NCBI GenBank assembly: GCA_965261395.1 | Contig: OZ253462.1 | Location: forward strand, 1,152,001-1,216,000 | DNA length: 64,000 nucleotides | Direction of reading: 5' to 3' | Source: Candidatus Latescibacterota bacterium | GTDB taxonomy: Bacteria; Latescibacterota; UBA2968; UBA8231 | In this document: piece after piece, positions 57,453 to 64,000 of the stretch | Layout: each line of letters begins with the position of its first letter | Numbering within the stretch: position 1 is the stretch's first letter | The notes under the pieces: generated by a model | Databases searched by the model: none | What the model was told of the DNA's origin: nothing | Seen by the model: only the letters and a program-made list of their open reading frames with translations | Program-made: the position numbers and the translations under genes

Positions 57453-57585
57453 GTGAGTCGCGCGAACAGCTTCATCCGGGCGAGACAGGGTTTTCGCAAG
57501 AATTGACGGCTTGATGGCCCCGTCTATCTTTCGAGTCGAGTCGTTTTCGCCGGATGGCCACATTCCGCCAAAGAAGGACCAAACC

Positions 57586-59064
57586 ATGACCCCAACAGAC
57601 GCCATTCCCATCCTTATCGGCGAGCAGTGGATAACGCCGGTGGTCGAGGCTCACACACCGGTGTACCGTCCCGCCACTGGGGAAGTGATCGGACGAACGC
57701 CGCAGTGTGGCCGCGTCGAAGTCGATCTAGCGGTGGAGGCCGCAAGCCGGGCCTTTGCGGGCTGGTCGGTGACGCCAGCACCGGAACGGGCGCGGGTGCT
57801 GTTCCGCTACCGCGAGTTGCTGGAGGAGCAGTTCGAGTCTCTGGCCGAGATTCTCTGCGGCGAGAACGGCAAGACCCGCGAGGAAGCGCGAGGCGATGTG
57901 CGCCGCGGCATTGAGGTCGTCGAGCTGGCCTGCGGTATCGGCCAGATGGCCAAGGGCGAGGTGCTGCCGGAGTTGGCCGCTGGCATTGATGGTGCCGCCA
58001 CGCGCGAGCCAGTGGGGATATGCGCTGGCATCACGCCGTTCAACTTTCCGGCCATGGTGCCCATGTGGATGTACCCGCTGGCCATCGCCTGCGGCAACTG
58101 CTTCGTGCTGAAGCCGAGCGAGAAGGTGCCGTTTACGGCCAACCGCCTAGCAGAACTGTTCGTCGAGGCGGGGCTCCCACCGGGGGTGCTAAACGTCGTG
58201 CACGGCGGTCGGGATGTGGTCGAAGCCCTCTGTCGGCACCCCGGTATCGCGGCTATTTCCTTTGTCGGCTCGTCGCCAGTAGCGCGTCGGGTGTACGAGC
58301 TGACCGGGCAGACGGGAAAGCGCTGTCAGGCGGCGGGCGGAGCCAAAAACGTGCTCCTCGTCATGCCCGACGCGGTCGAGTCCGGCCTGTTCGGCAAGGC
58401 AGCGGCCGCAGATCCGACGCTGAACGCGGTTATGCACTCTGCCTTTGGCTGTGCTGGCCAGCGCTGCATGGCTGGCTCCCTGCTGATGGGCATCGGCGAC
58501 GCCAACGACGGCCTGCGCGACCAACTAGCCTCTGCTATGGATACGATGACGGTGGGGGACACGCTGCGCGACGATGTGGACATGGGTCCGGTCATCGACG
58601 GAACCGCCCGGCAGCGCCTCGTCGGCCACATCGCCGGCGCTGCCTCGGCGGACCTGACCGTGGTGCGCGACGGGCGCGAAGGCGTACCGGACACCGGCTT
58701 CTACGTCGGGCCGACCCTGCTCGACGGCGTCAACCCCGGCCATGGCTTATTCGCGGAGGAGCTGTTTGGCCCGGTCTTGGGGCTGATGCGGCCCGAGACG
58801 CTGGACCAGGCAATCGACTGGATCAACCGCATCCCGTACGGCAATGCGGCGACCATTTTCACCCGCGATGGCGGTGCGGCACGCACCTTTACGCGCGGTG
58901 TAGAGTGCGGCATGATTGGCGTAAACGTGGGCGTGCCGGCACCCATGGCCCTGTTCTCTTTTTCCGGCTGGGACCAGTCATTCTTCGGCGACCTGCACGT
59001 GCAGGGGACCGAGGGAATTCTGTTCTACACGCGGCAGAAGACGGTGCTGTCGCGGTGGCTCTGA
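57586..59064 (+). CDS. mmsA: CoA-acylating methylmalonate/malonate-semialdehyde dehydrogenase (MmsA/IolA)
   Basis: ITPFNFPAM, KPSEK, SFVGS, GAKN, GCAGQRCMA, EELFGP, GVNVGVPAP, SFFGDLH. Confidence 0.9.
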   Translation: MTPTDAIPILIGEQWITPVVEAHTPVYRPATGEVIGRTPQCGRVEVDLAVEAASRAFAGWSVTPAPERARVLFRYRELLEEQFESLAEILCGENGKTREEARGDVRRGIEVVELACGIGQMAKGEVLPELAAGIDGAATREPVGICAGITPFNFPAMVPMWMYPLAIACGNCFVLKPSEKVPFTANRLAELFVEAGLPPGVLNVVHGGRDVVEALCRHPGIAAISFVGSSPVARRVYELTGQTGKRCQAAGGAKNVLLVMPDAVESGLFGKAAAADPTLNAVMHSAFGCAGQRCMAGSLLMGIGDANDGLRDQLASAMDTMTVGDTLRDDVDMGPVIDGTARQRLVGHIAGAASADLTVVRDGREGVPDTGFYVGPTLLDGVNPGHGLFAEELFGPVLGLMRPETLDQAIDWINRIPYGNAATIFTRDGGAARTFTRGVECGMIGVNVGVPAPMALFSFSGWDQSFFGDLHVQGTEGILFYTRQKTVLSRWL

Positions 59065-59095
59065 GGAGGTCGTGGGCGAGACCCAGGAGGTAGCA

Positions 59096-60499
59096 ATGGA
59101 AGACAGAATCGAAGAAGCGATCATCGCCGAGATTGAGGCGCGGTCCGAGGCTTGGGAAAACCTGCTCGTGCTGGCCGACGACATCGGTGTGCGCGTAGCT
59201 GGCAGCGAAGGGGAGGTCCGGGCCCGGGACTTCCTGCTGCAGACCTTTCAGCGCTATGGACTCGACCGCGTCCACTTGGAGCCTTTCGAGTACCGCGCTT
59301 GGCGGCCGCAGCGCGAGGAGTTGACCGTGGTGGCGCCGGAGGCCGGACGTTCGATCCCGTGTCGGTGCGGAGGGCTGTCGCCTTCGACCCCGGAGCAGGG
59401 GGTGGAAGGCGAGGTCGTGTTCCTCGAGCGCTGCGACGCTGAGGAGCTAGCGCAGCGGGCCGACGAGGTGCGCGGCCGCATTGCGGTGGCACCCTACTAC
59501 CCCTTTGCCCGCCAGCTAAAGACGCCCTTGGCAGCGCGCTTCGGCGCGGTGGCCCTCCTCGAGCACCGCAACTACGCCGGTGCCTTGCAGCCGGCCCGCA
59601 CCTGCTGCTTCCAGCGGGTCGGCGACCTGCCGGTGGCCTCGATCAGTCTCGAAGACGCCGAGTACCTCAAGCGTCTGCAGCAGCGGCGTGGACCGGTGCG
59701 TCTGCGGTTGGTCCTCGACAGCCGCATCGAGCCCAAGGAGTCGTGGAACGTGGTCGGCGAGTTGACCGGGGCCGAGCATCCGCAGCAGATCTTGGTCTGC
59801 GGCGGCCACTACGACACTTGGCACGTGGGCCCCGGCGCTATTGACAACGCCGCGGGCGTGGTCGCCGTGGTCGAGGCGGCGCGAGCCCTCGCCGTGCACC
59901 GCGAGCACCTGCGGCGCACGGTGCGGTTCGTCGCTTTCGGGGTCGAGGAGTCGGGACTGGTCGGGTCCTGGGCGTACACGCAGCGCCACGTCGGCGAACT
60001 CGACGACACTTGGCTGATGATCAACAACGATGTCGGCGGTCGGCCCTCGGGGCTGGGAATTGCCGGGGCTGAGGATCTGCTGCCGGTCCTAGAGGCGGTG
60101 GCGAGCCGCGTGCGCGTGGATGGTCTCGCAAAGCCCTTCGGCGCGTCCTGCGGCACGACGAGTTGGGGTTCCGATCACTTCCCGTTCTTCGCCCACGGCG
60201 TGCCTACCGTGGGTCTGGGCACGGAGTCGGTATGGCCTGAGGATCGCCTCTATGGCCACAGCCGGGCCGACACCGCGGACAAGGTCTATCCCCGGGGTCT
60301 GAGCGAGTGCGCGGCGATCAACGCGCGGGTGCTGTTCGAGGTGGCCAACCTGGACGAGCGTCCGGCGCGGCGGCGCACGCGGGAGGAGTTGGAGGCGTCC
60401 TTTGCCGGTGCGCCGCTGGCGGAGGCCCTCGAACTGCTCGACCTGTGGCCGCCGGAGCGGGCGCTGGCGAGGTATTTCGGGGGCCGGGAGGAGGGATGA
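59096..60499 (+). CDS. M28-family metallopeptidase with PA domain, no signal peptide
   Basis: RVAGSEGE, GHYDTW, GAIDNAAG, EESGLVGS, SDHFPF, HSRADT. Confidence 0.85.
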   Translation: MEDRIEEAIIAEIEARSEAWENLLVLADDIGVRVAGSEGEVRARDFLLQTFQRYGLDRVHLEPFEYRAWRPQREELTVVAPEAGRSIPCRCGGLSPSTPEQGVEGEVVFLERCDAEELAQRADEVRGRIAVAPYYPFARQLKTPLAARFGAVALLEHRNYAGALQPARTCCFQRVGDLPVASISLEDAEYLKRLQQRRGPVRLRLVLDSRIEPKESWNVVGELTGAEHPQQILVCGGHYDTWHVGPGAIDNAAGVVAVVEAARALAVHREHLRRTVRFVAFGVEESGLVGSWAYTQRHVGELDDTWLMINNDVGGRPSGLGIAGAEDLLPVLEAVASRVRVDGLAKPFGASCGTTSWGSDHFPFFAHGVPTVGLGTESVWPEDRLYGHSRADTADKVYPRGLSECAAINARVLFEVANLDERPARRRTREELEASFAGAPLAEALELLDLWPPERALARYFGGREEG

Positions 60500-60538
60500 G
60501 TTACTCGGAGACTCCTAGTGGGGTTTGCCGGCGGCTGC

Positions 60539-61615
60539 TCAGCCCAAGTCCAGATTAAAATCCACAGGGTCGAGGCCACTGTCTTCGGCTAGTCCCCGCA
60601 GGCTGATCAAGACATCCTCGGGCATGACAATACCCTCGGCTAGCGCTTGCTCCCGCTTGTTCCACTCGATCTCGCCCGGCAGGAAGATGGTCCCGCCCTT
60701 GGCTGTGGAAGCGCTCTTGATCTCTTTGCACATGGTGGCCATGCGGGCGTGGAATTGATCCAGCGGCATCATCGCGCCGACGTTAATGGCGATAAAGGCA
60801 TGACCTTGATTTGACGGCTCGTCCGTGTCCGCGACCCAACTGTGGACGCCGCTCATCATCGCCGCCCCGCTAAGGGTTGCCGTCAGCAGTTCCACTAGCA
60901 CGGCCAATCCGTACCCTTTGTGTCCGGCCATGGGCAACTGTGCCCCTTTTTCCGGAAACTCGGTGGGATCGGTCGTTGGAATGCCGTCTTCGTCCACCAG
61001 CCAAGTGTCGGGAATGTCGCGCCCTTCGTTTTTGGCCGCGAATATTTTGGTGGCCGCAACCGCGCTGGTGGCAATGTCCAGCATGACGGTGCGGTCGGTA
61101 CCGGTCGGTGCGGCGTAGGCGATCGGGTTGGTCCCCAGAACCTTACTCTTGCCGCCTGGGACGGTCATGCAGGGTTCCACATTGCACATGGAAAGGCCAA
61201 TCATGTCGTTTTCGGCGATCATGTTGGCGTAAAACCCAGCGGCACCGTAGTGGCTGCTGCCCCGGATACCGATGTAGCACATGCCACTTTGGCGGGCTTT
61301 GTCAACGGCCAGTTCAACGGCGCGGTAGGAGATGGCGGGCGGCATGCCATCGCAGGCGTCAATAATGGCCCAAGACGGTCCCTCGGCGACGATTTTCTCT
61401 TTCGCGGTCGCAACCAGACGGCCACGCCGCGCATTCTGCATCAAGCCGCGAATCTGCCGGGTGCCGTGCGTAAAGGTGCCCCAAGTGTCGGTGGTGACGA
61501 AGACGTGGGCACTTAGTTCGGCGTCTTCTTGGCTGAGACCGGCTTGGACCATGGCGGCGACACAAAAGGCCTTCAGGTCATCCGGTTGGATGCTTTGGCG
61601 AGTAGATTCAGTCAA
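60539..61615 (-). CDS. Ldh_2-family oxidoreductase (malate/sulfolactate/ureidoglycolate dehydrogenase-like)
   Basis: D..G..THG, HYGA, GTNPIA, DIATS, GHKGYGL, LPGE. Confidence 0.9.
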   Translation of the reverse strand: MTESTRQSIQPDDLKAFCVAAMVQAGLSQEDAELSAHVFVTTDTWGTFTHGTRQIRGLMQNARRGRLVATAKEKIVAEGPSWAIIDACDGMPPAISYRAVELAVDKARQSGMCYIGIRGSSHYGAAGFYANMIAENDMIGLSMCNVEPCMTVPGGKSKVLGTNPIAYAAPTGTDRTVMLDIATSAVAATKIFAAKNEGRDIPDTWLVDEDGIPTTDPTEFPEKGAQLPMAGHKGYGLAVLVELLTATLSGAAMMSGVHSWVADTDEPSNQGHAFIAINVGAMMPLDQFHARMATMCKEIKSASTAKGGTIFLPGEIEWNKREQALAEGIVMPEDVLISLRGLAEDSGLDPVDFNLDLG

Positions 61616-61731
61616 GGGATTGGCTCCTTTTTAGTTGGTGCGTGATTCGTCGGTATGGATAAAGAGATTTTTCGCGGCCTAGTCAAGGAAGGGTGCCGTC
61701 TGCTGTCGCCGACTTACAACGAGGCCGCTCC

Positions 61732-61760
61732 TTGACTAGCGTCCGCAAGGGCCTTTTAAT
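61732..61760 (+). promoter_or_regulatory. Sigma70-like promoter upstream of the protease gene
   Basis: TTGACT, 17-bp spacer, TTTAAT; a mirror TTGACT on the minus strand near 61681-61686 points at the Ldh_2 gene. Confidence 0.5.
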
Positions 61761-61942
61761 GCCATTACCTTCGCCTGCATCAATGCGCTAGTTTGGTATC
61801 GCAGTCAGATCGCCAGCCAGGCCGTTGTGCTCTTGTCCACAGCAATAGAATTGGGCATTATTGCGTGGCTCGACAAACTACGATTGAGCGCATCCACAGG
61901 CAATCGGCTCGCGGAGCGCACCAATCCTGAAAGGAGCTTTTC

Positions 61943-63157
61943 ATGCGTCTGTTTTTGTCCGCCCTGCTGGGCGCGGTCTTGTTTGCCTGCTCTTCTGATA
62001 ATCCCCTCGCCGAGCGCGTAGCGAATTTAGAGCAGGAGCTTTCCGAAGTGAAAGCGGCCCAAGAGGAGGACCGGCTGAACCTGTTGGCGCGTCTTGATGC
62101 GCTTGCGGTGACGGCGGACAACGCGGAGGAGATCGGCTCAGTGCGCGCCAAGCTGAACCAGACGAGTATTACGCGGTCGGAATTTACGCGACTAGCAAAC
62201 CGCGTGACAGCGCTTGAAAGCCAAATTGCGGATTGGAGCGGGGTGGTTAGTTCTTTGCGGCCCTCCGTTTACGCTGTGCTCCTCTGGAGCTTTGATAACG
62301 AAGATTGGTCTTCGGAATGGTTTACATTCGTCGGAACGGGCTTTGCCGTAGACGGCATAACATTTGTTACCAATGCACATATTGTAGATGCATTGGTTGA
62401 ATTCTCCGACGAGCTAGGGGCATTTAATCAGAAATATGGAACCGATATCCAAGGTTGGTGGACGATGGCACAAGCCCGGACGGACGGCCTCTCAATCGTC
62501 TCAAGTTTTTGGACCATTGATTACTATTGGCTACACCCGGAATGGGATCCCGACAACCTAAATTCGCCTGACGTAGGTTTGCTGCAAACCTCAGATATTG
62601 GCTTTGGCTCTATTGAGCGGCATGTTACCTTGGCGACAAACAGCGAGGTTTATCGATTAAGAGTAGGTGCTCCGATAGCAACTTTGGGATTTCCCGGCGA
62701 GCTTCAAGGCGGTGAAACAGAAGACATTTCTCCGATTGCCACTTTTAAGAATGGCACTATCAGTGCTTTGCGCCCTCCCTATCAAGGCGATACGTACACT
62801 TCGCGTGATACATATATCATCCAGCACAATCTCGACCTTTCCGGCGGCACCAGCGGTAGTCCCATTTTCGACGCTAGAGGCCGAGTTGTGGCTATCAACA
62901 ACGCAGGCATTGATGTGATTTTCGATATAGGGGGTAGGCAGGCTCGAGTCTCACAAGCTGCCTTGGGGTTTGGCATTCGCGCCGATAAGATACGCGAGTT
63001 GCTCAACCAAGCGAGTGTAGCGGCTAAGCGGACCGTTCCTGCTAAACCGGCCCATTTCGACGAATTGGTCAGCCGCTTGGAAGGACGAGACATTAGTTCG
63101 CTGAACATTGTGACGACGCGGGAGGAGTTTGCCGAGCGGTTGGAACGGATGCGGTGA
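61943..63157 (+). CDS. Trypsin-like serine protease lipoprotein with N-terminal coiled coil
   Basis: LFAC lipobox, heptad region, GTGF..TNAH, PDVGL, GTSGSP. Confidence 0.85.
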   Translation: MRLFLSALLGAVLFACSSDNPLAERVANLEQELSEVKAAQEEDRLNLLARLDALAVTADNAEEIGSVRAKLNQTSITRSEFTRLANRVTALESQIADWSGVVSSLRPSVYAVLLWSFDNEDWSSEWFTFVGTGFAVDGITFVTNAHIVDALVEFSDELGAFNQKYGTDIQGWWTMAQARTDGLSIVSSFWTIDYYWLHPEWDPDNLNSPDVGLLQTSDIGFGSIERHVTLATNSEVYRLRVGAPIATLGFPGELQGGETEDISPIATFKNGTISALRPPYQGDTYTSRDTYIIQHNLDLSGGTSGSPIFDARGRVVAINNAGIDVIFDIGGRQARVSQAALGFGIRADKIRELLNQASVAAKRTVPAKPAHFDELVSRLEGRDISSLNIVTTREEFAERLERMR

Positions 63158-63175
63158 ATGGAGGGTTAGCACACT

Positions 63176-64000
63176 ATGCGTTTTTTTAACACAGCCGGCC
63201 CCATTAAGCCGGAGATTAATTACTATATTCCGCCATTGGAACGGCTAGACCTCGACGAAGTCCCGCTACTGACCGAGCAGCAGAGGTACTTTGTCATGCA
63301 CGCACCTAGGCAGACGGGTAAGACGTCCGCGCTGCTGGCGCTAAGGGACGAGCTCAACGGCAGCGGACGGTATCGCTGCGTGTACGTAAATGTCGAGATC
63401 GGCCAGTCGGCGCGGGAGGATGTGGCCGCGGCCATGCGGGCCATTCTCGGTCAGATGGCCTTAGAGGCGGAGTTCGTTTTGGGCGACCTGACGCTAAGGG
63501 AGATAAGTCTCGACACTTTAGAGGCGTTTGGCCCGCACCAAGCACTCCAAGGGACGTTAAGCCGTTGGTCGGCGGCGGATGATAAGCCGCTGGTGCTGCT
63601 GATTGACGAGATTGATGCGCTAATTGGCGACACGCTCTTAGCCGTGCTCAGGCAACTCCGCGCCGGCTATCCCGACCGGCCGCAGCACTACCCGCAGACC
63701 GTCGTCCTGTGCGGCGTGCGCGATGTGCGCGACTACCGCATCCAATCCACCGCCGAGAACGCGATTATCGCCGGCGGTAGCGCGTTCAACATCCGCGCCG
63801 AGTCCCTGCGGCTGGGCGATTTTTCACCGGACGAAGTGCAGGCGCTGTTGGCACAACACACCGAGACCACCGGGCAAGTGTTTGCCGAGGACGCGCAAGA
63901 CGCGGTTTGGGAACTAACCCAAGGCCAGCCGTGGCTGGTCAACGCCTTGGCGTACGAAGCGTGCTTTAGGAACAAGGCCGGGCGGGACCGCAGTCGTCCT
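63176..64000 (+). CDS. AAA-like ATPase (MRFFNTAGP family), runs off the right edge
   Basis: Not in the ORF track; MRFFNTAGP...HAPRQTGKTS...LLIDEID...LCGVRDVRDY...SAFNI...TQGQPWLVNAL, open to 64000. Confidence 0.85.
   Translation, partial: MRFFNTAGPIKPEINYYIPPLERLDLDEVPLLTEQQRYFVMHAPRQTGKTSALLALRDELNGSGRYRCVYVNVEIGQSAREDVAAAMRAILGQMALEAEFVLGDLTLREISLDTLEAFGPHQALQGTLSRWSAADDKPLVLLIDEIDALIGDTLLAVLRQLRAGYPDRPQHYPQTVVLCGVRDVRDYRIQSTAENAIIAGGSAFNIRAESLRLGDFSPDEVQALLAQHTETTGQVFAEDAQDAVWELTQGQPWLVNALAYEACFRNKAGRDRSRP

Noticed and set aside
1-64000. CRISPR array, tRNA/rRNA, integrase or transposase
   Set aside because: No regularly spaced repeats, cloverleaf-like sequences or DDE/tyrosine-recombinase motifs were seen by eye.

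Overview
GC-rich bacterial chromosomal segment with about 45 CDS. No rRNA, tRNA, CRISPR array or intact transposase was seen. The gene content (several PhyH dioxygenases, a DUF6785/6784-type membrane protein, ASPIC/UnbV proteins, FlgD-Ig secreted proteins, a C-terminal 'SWGRIK' tail, AAA/NACHT ATPases) resembles Latescibacterota/Poribacteria-like, often sponge-associated, bacteria; this assignment is inference. Layout: (i) 1-2.8 kb, AAA_14/DUF4143 ATPase coupled to a NACHT NTPase that the ORF track missed; (ii) 3-12.8 kb, membrane spermidine-synthase-like protein, two ASPIC/UnbV proteins, GH36 and a beta-helix lipoprotein; (iii) 12.9-29.5 kb, a co-oriented cell-envelope cluster (TPR lipoprotein, DOMON/CBM9-like protein, three paralogous secreted proteins with PNGD/FlgD C-terminal domains, two paralogous ~930-aa proteins with Asp-rich loops, PPIase lipoprotein), the best candidate for an undescribed system; (iv) 29.5-54.6 kb, catabolic genes, several with non-canonical active sites, interrupted by an AlbA_2 gene and a Type ISP R-M remnant; (v) 54.7-64 kb, more AAA ATPases (one an internal-deletion pseudogene), mmsA, M28 peptidase, Ldh_2 dehydrogenase and a trypsin-like lipoprotein. 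Three of the ATPase-nuclease genes have AT-rich palindromes upstream. All product calls come from motifs read by eye; no searches were run.
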